A stretch of 64,000 nt of DNA from Guillardia theta CCMP2712 (taxonomy: Eukaryota; Protista; Cryptophyta): NCBI RefSeq assembly GCF_000315625.1, contig NW_005434656.1:169741-233740 (forward strand). Direction: 5' to 3'. The position numbers and the translations under genes are program-made. The notes under the pieces were generated by a model. That model ran no database searches, had not been told where the DNA came from, and saw only the letters and a program-made list of their open reading frames with translations. This document shows positions 25,080 to 37,962 of this stretch, piece after piece. Within the stretch, counting starts at the first letter, position 1. The number at the start of each line of letters is the position of its first letter.

Positions 25080-26527
25080 AGCAAGTGGAACAAGAGGAGG
25101 AGAGGCAGGAGGAACTTGCCCTCAACTGTTCCTCCTCCAGCAGCGGGCCAGGCTCTCCTGCCCTCTCTCGACCTCCCCATCTTCACGCTGAGCTCAACCA
25201 AGCTCTCCCTCATGGACGCGGCTCGCGTGCGCACCGACGCAGCCCCAGACGCCAGACACCCGGCCCCGGTCATCACCCTGCCAGGGAGCAATCGGGCGCA
25301 GAGCGGCGATGAGGCCGACGCTCAGCACGAGACACCCACGAGACAACAGCAGCTAGTTTGTTTGGAAGCCTCGATCCGGCTGGTGGAGAGGCATGCGAGA
25401 ATCATAGGGTGCAACGGGGAGGAGCTGCAACTGTAGGCCAGGTGAAGATGTCTGGATAGAGTGAAAGAAAGCTCAGAGTGTTTTGTAAAGAATGACACTT
25501 TTGTCTTGATCCCCACTAGCGAAGATGCAGTTCAACGGTTTTTGAAAGAAACCATGTGCTGTACAAATGGTCAAAAGCAATAAATTAACAAGCAATCAAA
25601 AGCAGATAACGATTGATTTGTAACAATTGATTTGCTGATTGGGAGAGGATCTCTGTTCATATGATGGACTAGGAAGGGTTTCTTGTAGATGAGGACAAAT
25701 CATAGCTGGGGCAGGGATGGTGGGATTGGAATCCCAACCAACCATCTCAACTACACTCCACTCAAACCCCACGTCCTCAAAGGAGAGAGGCAGCCTTCAA
25801 AACTGAGAATTTGCTCTCGAGCTCACTATGGGCGAACGAGGTTACATCAGCATCAGTGGGAAGACCTGGAGGTCCGCGACAGCAAGTACACAAACCAAAC
25901 CGTAGAAAATACAGTCGCTAGGTTCCTAACTGGTCACTGTCACGTACAGTCATAAAGCTTTCGATCTCTACAGTCGCACTAACACCCCCTCGGAGTATCC
26001 TCCTATCCTAGTACCCCTCATCAGAAGTCGATGGTAGGGGTGGTCGAACGAAAACGGTCCCCAACCTTATAAGGGACCAAAATTCGAAGAGGTCTGAAGC
26101 AGATTACAGCACTTGGATGGGAGGGGCACAGGGCAGAGCCGCGCGAGGACAAGGAGCAACTGGGAGCCAGTAGAACAAGAGGAGAGGAAGGATACAACCG
26201 GAGGAGATGCGAAAGAAGGAAGCTCGTGGAGCTTGTCCTCGACCCTTCCTCCTGGGTCTCCTCTGACCGCCATCGTCACGCTCAGCTCAACCAATATCTC
26301 CCCTCATGGACGCGGCTCGCGTGCGCACCGACGCAGCCCCAGACACCAGACACCCGGCCCCGGTCATCACCCTGCCAGGGAGCAAGCGGACGCAGAGCGG
26401 CGATGAGGTCGACGCTCAGCACGAGACACCCACGAGACAACAGCAGCTAGTTGTTGGAAGCCTCGATCCGGCTGGTGGAGAGGCATGCGAGAATCATAGG
26501 GTGCAACGGGGAGGAGCTGCAACTGTA
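25080..26527 (+). repeat. Direct duplication: ~250-bp near-identical cores at ~25184-25436 and ~26277-26527 with weaker 5' similarity
   Basis: Both copies read cacgct.agctcaacca...catggacgcggctcgcgtgcgcaccgacgcag...ggagctgcaactgtag. Confidence 0.9.
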
Positions 26528-27155
26528 GAAGAGAAAGGGAAACATGAGAGGATGAATGATAATTGGATCGAAGCCTCCCCTCCTTTCTGTGTAGATTGTG
26601 ACAAGTTTGTTGAGATGTGAGCATTGCCTATGTTGTCAAAGGATAGTGTGACTACGTTTGAGAGTTTGGCGCTTGTAAAGATAAAAACTTACCATACTGA
26701 ATCACCCAGACCGATCGGAATCAGTCAAGAAAACGAGTTTTTCCCAAACATCTCGATCGGATCTGACACTAGCTGATCCTGAATGATGAAAGGACGAGAT
26801 GTTCTGAAAAGCCGATAGACAGCCATGTGGCATGATCAAATCAGTTTGAAGAGGCGAGGACAGTATGATGCAGGAAGAGAGGGTGGAAGCAAGAGGCGTG
26901 AAGGTTAACCAGTAAGAGTGAGACGAAAAGACTGCTAGGTTTACTTGATGTGAGACTGCCAGTGACCAGAGCAAGGAAATTTGATTCCGAGCAGTAAACC
27001 GACATGGAAGTTGGTGGTCGGACGAACGAAGTTACGATCGAAAGATCTGAGAGCTGTCAAGTATGCCAAATGAGCTTCGAAAGCGAGCAGGCAGCGTACG
27101 GAATCCAGGGATGAGATGTCAAGGGCAAGATATGAAGTGCGGGAGATCTAGCATA

Positions 27156-27402
27156 CCAGCGCTATGGTGGGGAAGAGAGCTATCTGACCAGCGCTATGGT
27201 GAGGGGGGGAGGAAGAGAGCTATCTGACCAGCGCTATGGTGAGGGGGGGAGGAAGAGAGCTATCTGACCAGCGCTATGGTGAGGGGGGGAGGAAGAGAGC
27301 TATCTGACCAGCGCTATGGTGAGGGGGGGAGGAAGAGAGCTATCTGACCAGCGCTATGGTGAGGGGGGGAGGAAGAGAGCTATCTGACCAGCAGTATGGT
27401 GA
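27156..27402 (+). repeat. 40-bp minisatellite, ~5 perfect copies plus partial ends
   Basis: Unit accagcgctatggtgagggggggaggaagagagctatctg repeats with period 40. Confidence 0.95.
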
Positions 27403-27644
27403 CTCTGTGAGGAGAGGGAGGGAGAGATCTTGATGTAAACAAGCGAGCATGTGCTCATCTTTGCTCATCAAGAGAGGTCAAGATCATAGGGGGTTGATAC
27501 CTGGGGTCCTTTCCCGATGAAAGTTAGGGGGTAGGGTAGTATTGTAGCTCACAGTGTGATTGCGATGCAGGTGCGGGGAAGGGAGGGGCAGGAGGGGGAG
27601 GAGACAGCAGCAGCAGAGAGAGCTGGGAGAGGTCGTTGAGAAAC

Positions 27645-28402
27645 ATGTCGGCTTGACAGGCTGGTGCAGATCGCCGGGCTGGAAGGTCGGCTTGAACGTT
27701 TGGAGGGTCTAGTGGAGAGCTCGCTGAAGACAAGGGGAGATCAGACAGTGACAGAGAAAGTGAACTCAGTCTGTTTGCGCCTGAAGCATCTGGATGCGTC
27801 CAGGGAGCTGCTTGATGGTTGTCCGTGCGATGATCGTTGCGCTCCTCTGACTCACCGAGCAGCCGCGAACCGAGGGGACGCATGGCCCCAAGATGCTGGG
27901 GCCCTGCAGGAGGTTCTCCTCGCTAGGTGCGGATGCAGCTGCTGATGATCTCTGACCGTCCTCTCACATTGTGACAGGCGTGAGAGCATGATGCAGATGG
28001 CTCGACAGCTGGAGCTGATCGAGAGACTACAGCGGCACCTTGACTCGGACAAGATACGAGGTTCCCGAATCCTTGTGGACAGGCTGCTAGTGACAAGATG
28101 ACAAGATGTCTGTCTGTTGAGAGAAGAAGTTTACCAGGCCCTGAAGGATGTTAAGAGACAGGCAACGACGACTGACATGCACAGGATGCAGAACTCACGC
28201 CCTGCTGCAGTACGAGGCAGCGCGAAGGAACGAAGAAGCTTTGTCGCGCTTCCTGGAGGTCTACAACGATGCTTCTGCCGTCCTCTCTCGCACATTCCTC
28301 GAGTAAGCTCTCGTCCGATGCTCTCATGGTGAAGAAGTTACTGACTGTCCCGACAGTCTGGACGGCAGAATACGAAGGCTAGAGAGCATGTCGAATACTT
28401 AG
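27645..28402 (+). CDS. DCTN3: Dynactin subunit 3 (p22/p24)-like coiled-coil protein, multi-exon
   Basis: Exons IAGLEGRLERLEGLV, LQEVLLA..ESMMQMARQLELIERLQRHLDSDKIR and LEVYNDASAVLSRTFL..DGRIRRLE follow the DCTN3 pattern (LEEYNK...LSKQFVQWD). Confidence 0.55.
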
Positions 28403-28607
28403 AGCACATGCTTTCCTGAAATCTCTTCACTGCGAGCAAGCAATAGCGGCTGTCCTGTCACATTCCAAGGCTGCTCACAAGAGGTTGTGACTACAATCCG
28501 CACTATGAATACATCGCAGACTGAGCGGGCGACTCGGGGCTGCATTCAGGGTGGCTAGTGTTGGAATCATCGAATCTAGGACTACCAGTGATGTTGCGAA
28601 ATTCTCT

Positions 28608-30436
28608 TTAATCTTCCTTGTCATCATCCTCAATCTTTCGTTTCCTGGAGGCTCCCGAGGCCACGTCGAACTTTGCAGAGGAGTAAAGCACTTGTTGATC
28701 GCAAACCCCCCAGAACAAATCCTCGTCGTCGAGTTTCTGGGCTGCTATCCACCTCCCACCAGCTCTGAACTCAAAAACCTGGCCGACTCGTCATCCCTTC
28801 CATGCAGCCCATCAAGTCCCCTACCTTCCTCAACGACCCGCCCGTGACCACGTGCGTTCCCTTGTGCCCCCCGGTGCTCACAGTGACAGGAACATCCTCT
28901 TGCACTGCCTTGGCCTGCGGTCGCAAACGATCAGACAAGGATGGGGAGGAAACGAATGGCAACGTTGGACGAGCCTCCTGCCTCTTCCCATTGCCCTGCG
29001 ATGAGCTGCAGATCCGTCAGATAGAAAGCAAGATGTGCTGCCTGTATCACCTGCGAATCAACACCGAAAGCGTAGAAAATCTTGCTGTTGACCGACGAGA
29101 ACGACAATTTCATGATGTCTGACTTGGTGACTGACATGGCTCTACATGCATGGGGATGGTCAAATGCATCTCCGATATCCTCACTCTCTCCTTTACCGGC
29201 CGCAGACATTCCACTTCCTGGCATCGTACACATAAACGCTCCTATCCATCCCTGCACAGCCTACAATCCCTTCCCCTGACGAGCTCTATCAGTCAGCCAT
29301 GGAACGAGGTAAATTGACAAGTCACCCCATGCCGTCGTGAGCAGCAAGGAGTTGCATGGCGACACTCTTGCGACACATGCGCTTCGACCTCCAACCCGCG
29401 GATCCCACAGGGAAAGGAAGTTGAACTCCGTCAAGGCGAGCAGACCTGATCCAGCCTGCACAGCAGCACGTGAGCAGCTGACCTTCCCAGCACCGCTCAC
29501 CATCTTGTCTGTTCTTCCATTGCCAACCCACGTCATGCTGTATGGCATCAGCGCGAGGTTTCTGTGTCACCATCGTCACGAACAAGGTTGTTCAGTCACG
29601 ATGCTTCTACATCTTCCTCGTCTCCTTCCCGGTGTTGAGGTCCTGAAGGTTTCAAGCTCAGCAGCGCCTATTGCATGGGGAACTCACGTAAATGCAGACG
29701 GATTTCTGGAAATTCCTTGCAGCAGCCAGTTGACTGCCACACGGGCTAAAGTCCACTCCGCCCCATCCTCCCTCCCCGTCCTGTCGAATAGTTACAAAGC
29801 GTTGTCTCCCCACCGATGGCAGATACACAGAAGCCATGCCCTTGAATGAAGTCTACCGGGGGGTCTTCTTGTTCCGCGAAATGTTCTCCTGCTGAAAGTG
29901 AGGACAAGGAAGAAGCCACTTCGGGTGTGGTTCGCACCACAGTTGCGGAAGGAGTACAAGCAGATCCCCCCCGCCATGTCGATTGATGCCATGCGGAAGC
30001 TGCTTTCACCGTCTTTAATTCCTCGAACACTGCAGATCTCCATGCCAGAGTATGTGTTCTGCTTCTTAGCCTGTACTTGACGAGCTTCTACAGAGTTTAA
30101 AGGTGTGCATGTTGAGAACGAGAACTCGCTCTCGCCATTCATGGCTTCAGTTTCATCCCTTCGCACGCTCAACTGGTAGATCTCTTTACCAGAACTAGCT
30201 TGCAAGTCAGCCGTGCGTCACACACAAGTTTGGAGGCTCTCACGCAATGAAGGCATGGCGACTCGACTGAGCACAGATCCGTGATCCTGCAGCGAGGAAG
30301 CTTACATACACAACAGAAGAACCTGAGGATGCTAACCGAGGTACGAAGGCGTCACCTTCACAGGGGCTGGCAGTTTGCATGTCTGGAAGAAGTTCACGCT
30401 CCTTCCTGTGATCATCTCTGCATCGTCGCTTCCCAT
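28608..30436 (-). CDS. Conserved uncharacterised WD40-repeat protein, multi-exon
   Basis: WD-type segments LLALTEFNFLSLWDPR, GCAGMDRSVYVYDARKW, DIMKLSFSSVNSKIFYAFGVDSQV and FEFRAGGRW, ending RKRKIEDDDKED*. Start uncertain. Confidence 0.6.
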
Positions 30437-32222
30437 GATGGCTGCGAGCACGCGGACGCTTCCAAGGACAAGAGCCAAGCAAATCAGAGCGAGGGGCTGA
30501 ACGGCTCTATGCGTCCACCGCCTGCTGGGAACTGAAATGGTACGAACAATGAGCGACGTCCCTGACAAATGAAGATGCGGCGAGAAGCTTCGAGTATCTG
30601 CATGTGAGCTTCAGTGAGCATGTTGGTGTGGAGGATGCATGAACACTAGGATATCATCCAACCAGACTCTCCTTGTCTCGTACTTTCTGCCTATCTGTCA
30701 TCCCATTCCAGCCCAGGTTTCTCTCTTATCCTCCCATCACTGTTTCATTCCCTCACTGCCTTCCTGCCTCCCTGAGCCTGTTGTGCCCTTCAAATTTCCC
30801 TTCTTTCCCCTCAACATCTTCTCCTTTTCTCGTAATTATCGTGCCATCGCCATTGTTTTCGCCAATACGGCCAGCACTGCATTGCGGCGATCCGTGCTAG
30901 GTGGGGATGAGTGGGGATGAGTGAATCAATCCAGCGTTCCGGGCCGGGGCCCGCCTGCGCCGGGTCACTGCTGTTCCCGGCGAGTCACTCAGTAACCCCT
31001 TCTAGTAGTGATTCCCCGAACGGAACTTGCAGGACCAACTGCCATGATGGTGAAAAAGGGGGTAGGGGTAGTGATGGGAGGGGTCTATTTGCAGGAGAAC
31101 AAGGGGGTTAGAGGGAGCGGTTGACTCTGCGAGGGCAGCAGGCAAAATGAGCGTGACAGGTAAGAAGCTGTACGCTTGTGATCCCCCGAGGACGATGGGC
31201 GAGTGAGGAGAGGAGGGAAGAGGGAGATGCAAATAGGGAATTGTCAAGGAATGAGATCTGAGATGGCGAGATGAGATGACGAGATAAGATGACAGCGAAG
31301 ACTGGATAGATAGTTTTCAAGGGAGGGAGTAAAAGGATATCTCGGGAATTTTACCGTGGTGACCATTCTGTGTGCAGCACTCAAATTGCACCATATCAAC
31401 CATGCAGATGAATCAATCGGTAAGCTCCCTTGTACGCTTCGTCGCTCAGCAACTAATCACTTCTTTTATCACGCAAGTTCACGATTTTCTGCATCGACAG
31501 AAGACTCCTCGATGGTTCTTGAGCTCTCCTCAAGTGACGGCAGCTATTTCACGCTTTGATGAGAGGATGAGACAACAAGGAGGTACACTTGCGGATGGGA
31601 TGGAAAAGCTTCGATGGACGATGCAGCTGAACCTGGGAAGTCTGACATCGCGAGAGACGGTCCGAACGTCTCAGACAGCAGGGGGCATGACAACTCGATC
31701 CCTCCCTTCGTATCTCAACGAGCTGCCCAGCATCAAGACTTCTCGTCCTCCTCTAACAGCCCTTAGCCATGTCAGGTAGCCCTTTGCTTTCACATGAGAA
31801 TATCCCTGCGGTTTTGTCTGATTTCTTTTTCTGTGTTTACAGCCGGAGAAAGCATCAGAAGGATAAGAAGTCAGACGTGCCGTGGGAGTTTAATCCCGAT
31901 AGCACTCAAAGGATTCCTCCTTACATGCTGAGCAAGTTCCGGAAGCCGAGGATGCGGATGGAGAGGACAGGGCGGAATGCAAGTCATTTGAGTGACCTCA
32001 AAGAGGCCAGACAAGATTGAGTGTATTCATGAATGTGCTGTATCGATACGATGGAGTGCCAGGATGAAGAAAAATCCGCACTGTTTAATGTAAAATATGG
32101 AAGCTGAAAGGTTGCACCAGGATGTGTTGAACTGATGCCGCACGATCGAAGAATGGTGTAGGGAGCTGATGTAGCAAGTTTCTCACCAGCAGCACTACCA
32201 AGAACGTGTCGGGTTCACATCA

Positions 32223-33490
32223 TTACTTCTTCTCTCGTCTCGCAACAGCCTCGGCCAGTGAGATCCTCCGATAGATCGCTCCGAACTTGCTGCCCTCATT
32301 CCTTTCGACCTGAACCAGGAGGTGTTAGAGCAGCTGACGGAGTGCAGGCGCTCAGCAGGAGCAACCTTATTGGCCTCTTCGGAGGAGTTGAACATTAGGT
32401 CCCAGCACGGATCTGCCTGCCCCAGGGGTTCAGACGGCAAGAGAGTGATTTGCAAGAAACCTTCTCAGCGTCGTCATCCAACTTTTCGAAGAGCTGACAT
32501 CAAGAAAGTTTCAGTTCACTCACTTGATCTCAAGACATGTGCTGACTGGGTGCGCATTCAGATGCTCCACTTGCCAGTCGTGCAACTCCTTGACATCGGT
32601 AACCACATACAGAAATCCCCCTTCCTGCACGACCCTCTGTGACCGACATCGCAACATGCCGGAGCACACCTTGAGCACGTAGGCAAATTCGCTGATTGAA
32701 TTGCGATTGATGATTCTCCTTCGATGGTTCTTGGTCTGCAAAGAGCTCGTCGGTTCTCAACGTAGCAACGAAACTCCAACCTTGAAGTGAGGGTCGGCAA
32801 AGCAGAAAAATAGCTTCTCCAAGCTCCCTGGATGGATGATTATTGGGCACAAAGGAGATAGATATCATGCAAAACACCTTTCACGAAAAAGTTTGCGATG
32901 CATTTCATGGCGTTTGTGCGAACCACAGAAATCTGAGCTTTTCTAATCAATCTCTTGGCACATGGTGTTGTGATAAGTTCAAAACAATACATTTTGAAAT
33001 CTTCCTTTGTTTTCATTTCTCAACGCTTTTATCCTCTGCTCGTTGAAAGTGAGTAGAACAGAATCATCATTGCTTGCACTTCACCCACCTGATCAACATA
33101 GCTGGCAACTTTCTCCCGGATCTCGACACCGATAGAGATCTACTTGTGCTGTCAGAACTTCTCATCACCTCCCGCCAAGCACAGGTTCAAACCTTGTCAG
33201 GGAACCTCTCTCCAAGCTTGACCAGCAACCCACCAAACCCACACCCGATATCTGCATACTCCACCGGCCTGGGCATCGTTTTCGCTTCGCCGCATAGCTC
33301 GGGATAGAGAACCGACCAGTCGACACAGTCAGCTGAGAGGCCGTTAGAGTGATCTCAGAGCGAGCATGGACGGTCTCACGGCTCACGGGATACTCGAACT
33401 GAGGATCAGCAAGCGGGTTCGCATGCGCTCTGGAACGGAACTTCCTCTTCTTGACACCCCCTGTATCGTCCTCCACCTCCACTGTGAACA
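32223..33490 (-). CDS. TRM8: tRNA (guanine-N7)-methyltransferase catalytic subunit, multi-exon; 5' end uncertain
   Basis: [27 protein letters not shown] (SAM motif I), [35 protein letters not shown] and [15 protein letters not shown] are all METTL1/Trm8 hallmarks. Confidence 0.92.
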
Positions 33491-34006
33491 CAGGAAAAGT
33501 GAGTAGAGCGATATGAGATCGTATTTGATGTCATGTGCAAGACTGGCCAGCTATCCTCACTCCTTTTTGCACGTCTTATTGAACTACGTCCTCAGAGCTA
33601 CAAGGCGATGATTCATCGGTAATACCGCAGAACAACCAAGGATCGAAAAGGGAAGAGTGAAGATAACACCTAGATGTGGCTCCTGAATACCTGATCCTGG
33701 GATCCTCGCCCCATCCTCACCCTGTGACTGTCCGAACTTTCCATGTCCTCTCCTATCCTCATCATCTCCGCTTGATCTCCTCCTCCTCCTCCTCCTCCTT
33801 CTCCTCCTCCTCCTCCTCACCTGTGAAGTGCCTCCCTGAGTTCGCATGGTACCCCGACATCACGTGCCCCTCATCCCCGCATCCCCCCTCATCCCTCCTA
33901 TTACCCATCCTCATCCCGCCCGCAGACCCTCATCCCCACTCACGAATCTTCATGTCGGTCAAACACAGGTCAAACAACACTCGTCTATTTCCGGCGCCTC
34001 GCTGCC

Positions 34007-35289
34007 ATGGAGAGCTTGTTCGGTAAGAGGAGGCGGCAGTCTCTTGTGGTGGTGGAGGCGGCGGAGAAGGAGCAGCAGCAGAGGAGGAGACGGGAGGAGG
34101 AAGATGATGGTAATGATGACTTTGTCCTCGCTGCAGAACGAGTGCCGCCTGCATGCGTGCTTGCTGAGTTCCTGGGGACCCTGCTCTTTCAGTTCTTCGG
34201 AGGGGCATGCTCCTCCACAGCCGTCGCAAACGGTATCTCCTCCCCTCATGATCATCAGGCTCCTCCCCTCATGATCATCTCAATCTCCTCCCCTTATGAT
34301 CATCTCAGTGTCTTCCTCTGACTCAGCCGACTTGTGGGGTCAGGGTTGACCGTAGCTGCTCTCGGCAACGGCCTCTGCCTTGCTGTCCTTGTCTACTCAA
34401 CCGCTGGAATCTCGGGAGGACATTTGAACCCGGCTGTCAGCCTGGGCTTCTGGGTCAACGGCAGGCTCGGCAAGATGAGGTTCATGCTCTATGTTGCGGC
34501 ACAGCTCCTGGGCGCGATTGTTGGCGCTGTTATGCTCAGAATTTGCCTCCCTCCAAGCTTTCTCGGCCATCCTTTCGTAACTCAAGGGTAAGCATGGACC
34601 CTTCCTTGCGAAGCTCCTGTGATCTAACATGCTCTCTACAGAAATCTCTCTGCTGCACATCCCGTGCAGGTCCGGCTGCAATCTCTTGGAGCCGTCTTTC
34701 TGAGTGATGCCGTGACAACAGGTTTTCATCCTTGAGTTCTTGGCCACCTTCGTGCTAGTGTACTCAGTGTTTGCCACTGCTGTTGATCAAAAGGGCGCAG
34801 CGAAGGTGAGCTCCTGCTTGACCAGACCAAGATAATCATGAGTTCTCCGCTCTCAGAACGCAGCCCCTCTCACCATCGGCCTGTCGGTGGCCGCCGGAAT
34901 CTTTGCAGTGGTGGGAGCTGACTGATTCAGACATCTTCTTCTTCGATTTGATCAAATTTGATCACTAGGGCCCTTTCACCGGAGGATCCATCAACCCTGC
35001 TAGGACCATCGGAGCTGCATTTGCATTCTGGGATGCTGACAACATCATTATCTACATACTCGCCACTCTCGGTACAGTCCCTCGACCCTGTTCATGGCTT
35101 CAAGTAGGCTTCGTCAGTGACACAGGCAACTTGACAGGTGCTGGATTTGCTGCAGGAACCTTCTACAACTCTTTCTTCCTTGATATGCAAGCGCCCCAGC
35201 CCGAAGAGCGCGACAACGAGCCGAACGAGTTCTGGGACGCCAAGGCAAGGGAAATGACAAACAGCAAGGCAACAAAATCAATGTATTGA
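34007..35289 (+). CDS. Aquaporin / major intrinsic protein, multi-exon
   Basis: AEFLGTLLF, SGGHLNPAVS, LEFLATFVLV and GPFTGGSINPART give two NPA boxes. Stop TGA at 35287-35289. Confidence 0.95.
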
Positions 35290-35856
35290 TCTGGATCCAA
35301 AATCACTCCTTTGCAACGCCAATTCGTGTCTCTGAAGGGTTAAGACTGAATATCTGACAGTGGACGCTCTGATGTATTTCTTATTTGCTTATCAATCACT
35401 CCTGGGAATGATTGTGCCTAAGTTACTTGAATGTTCAGGAGATTAAACTTGAAACTGAATTGAACAGGAGCTGTACTATCTCTGCTGCTATGATCCTATC
35501 CAACATGCTTGTCGAGAAATCTTCCTCGATCCGACTGAGTTGTCACATCACAGCGTTGGTCAAACTTTTGAAAGCCGATCAGCCAGTCCCAGTAGGCTCA
35601 ACGACCCCTGAGCCTGCCTGACTCTGTGAGACGGTAAGGTACACCGTAACAGCCTGGCAGCGGCTACACGGGCAGTCTTACAACAAGGTCAACTTGCAAG
35701 TCTGTACGTGTGGCTGTCAGGGCTCACCTGATACAGTCACGGTATGCCGTAGTAGTAGCCAAAAATGTGTAGATGGCCAACTGAAAAAAAAATCAAACTG
35801 ACCAAAACAAAAAGTCAATAGCTCCGAGGCGGGCTGTTTGTTGCGTTTGGTGGTGG

Positions 35857-37805
35857 ATGCAACGGCCGACATGGCGGGGAGGGGGAGGAGAAGGATGGGA
35901 GGGGTGGATAGACGCGCACAAGGAGCTGAAGCAGCTGCAGGAGGAGCGGGAGGAGATTGAGAGGGAGATCGCGGGCCTGGAGAGGGAGAGGGAAAGGAAG
36001 AGGCGGGACAGAACACCGCCAGCCAAGGAGCGCGATGTTACGATGGAAAGCTCGACCAGTCGACGTGAACATGTCAAGAAGTTGTGGAGGACGAAGGAGA
36101 GCTGGAGGGAGTTTGTCATTGCCTCAGAGGACGCCAAGAGGAGCCTTGGAGGAGGAGACAAGCAGGATAAGCGCACCACGAGCAGCAGCGGGCCTCGTAG
36201 CAGAGAGGAAGTTGGAGAAGCGAAGAAGGAGATCAGAAGGCTGGCGAAACAGTTGGAGGAGAAAGAGAAAGAGAACAGACGGCAGGCTCAGGGCTCAGAA
36301 TCAGCTTGCTTGCTTCCAGAGGTCACTGCGTTGAGTGTGCTGCTTCATAACAACGACGGAGTTCCAGTACGCTTCCGATCTTGAAGGTGTTTGTATCGTC
36401 TGAGATGTGATGGGCAGATTTCAACATTCTATGATGGAAAGATTGATGTGAAGATAACAAGCATGTCTGACCAGACGAAGTTGTTCATTAAGGTACAGCA
36501 AACATCTGTCAGCACGATGATGATAGAGCTGGAGATGATTTTTGATACTATGCAGAATCCCAAATCATGGTCGGAAGTCCGACCGTCGGAAATCCATCGT
36601 CTCGTTTGGTCCGCATGGCTGTCTGCTTGCTTGACCTCGTCTGCAAACAAGAAAGCGCTGACGGCATTGAAGCTGAAGGAGGAGAACGGGGAGGCAAGGG
36701 GAGGCTGTCACAACTATCCGATGCTGAAGTGATCACAGGACTTAAAGTTCTTCTCCATGCATGGAGAGCTTCTTTCAGGGCTCAAGTTTTGCTCGCACTT
36801 GCTCATGGATGATCCTTTCCATGTGATCTCCTCGAGTTGCCCTCTCCTTTCATCATTCTCTATTCCTCCTTGCTTCAGTCCTCCCGTCCACCTGCTCTCC
36901 TTCCAGCCTCTTCCCGCCTCCTCTCTTCCTCCCCTCCGCTCTCCCTTTCTCTCCCTCCTCTTTCTCCCTATCCTCACCACCTTCCCCTCAGGTGGTTGTG
37001 AGCATGGGTGAGCCCTTCCGGCTGCCCAGGAGACTAGCAATGCAGCACCAGCTGCAGTCGGGGCGACGCTCAGCTTTCAGATTTATCGAGTGAGACTCTA
37101 AGTTGAGGTGCAGATGCCTGACCCATGTGAAGGTGCGAGAGAGCATGCAGGCTGCATGAAGGTGCTGTGGTCGTCAGTGAGGGGAAGGTAATCTTGCCTG
37201 GCTTTGGGGAGGAGGATGAAGGGGGAGGAGGAGGAGGAGGAGGAGGAGGAGGAGGAGGAGGAGGAGGAAAGAGATTTTGATGGTGGTGGTGGTTGAGGCT
37301 AATCATGACGGGTTTCAGGGGAACGTGAAGTCACAAGAGGGTCTAAAGCTCAGGCAGACGTCTCGTCAATCAGCGTCGTGTCTCGTCGCTCCCACCAAGT
37401 CACGCAAATCACAGGAGGAGGCAGAAAGACTCTCGCCCGTCCCTAGGGACTGCAGGCGTCCGATGACAGCATGGAGGAGACCCCAGGTCACCGTCCTCCC
37501 TCGCTCAGGTCGACTTCACCCTCCTCTCCTCCACATTTGACGCCTGCACAGCCGTCCGCCCCTCGTCTGTCTCGCACAAGAACCTGCGGGAGGACTGTGT
37601 CTTGGTGTCAACTTGCACTCTTGCAAGCAGAGCAGAGCAGGGCGTCGTGGCCCGAGCTCGTTCCCCAGCTGCAAGAGGCGGGAAGGGGAACAAGGGGGAA
37701 GCTCCTGCTGCAGCGTTCGCTGAGTCATATCCTCCAGCTGGAGACGAGCTGGCCGGGATGAAACTCTTCAACCCAGAGGCCGCGAAGCTGGCGGGGCTGA
37801 TCTGA
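35857..37805 (+). CDS. Hypothetical coiled-coil protein, multi-exon (structure uncertain, may be two genes)
   Basis: E/K/R-rich heptad ORF followed by exon-like segments separated by GT-AG introns. No family recognised. Confidence 0.35.
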
Positions 37806-37962
37806 GGCAGAGGGTCGGGAGCGCTCGAAAGCAAATTATTGATAACACAAGATGGAAAAACAGGAAGAAGGAAAGGGAGAGGAGGAGAGGAGAAGGAGAA
37901 GGAGAGGAGAGGAGAGGAGAGAAGGAATGAATAAATGAAGTCGAAGGTAGGAGACGGTCCCT

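Noticed and set aside
25080-26527. Complete LTR retrotransposon or TRIM
   Set aside because: No TG...CA termini, TSD, primer-binding site or gag/pol sequence could be found.
27156-27402. CRISPR-like array
   Set aside because: Units are identical head-to-tail with no unique spacers, no cas genes are present, and the context is eukaryotic.
28608-33490. TRM8 clustered with its WD40 partner TRM82/WDR4
   Set aside because: The WD40 protein lacks the WDR4 signature (DRDEKIRV, FCLGH) and resembles a different uncharacterised family.
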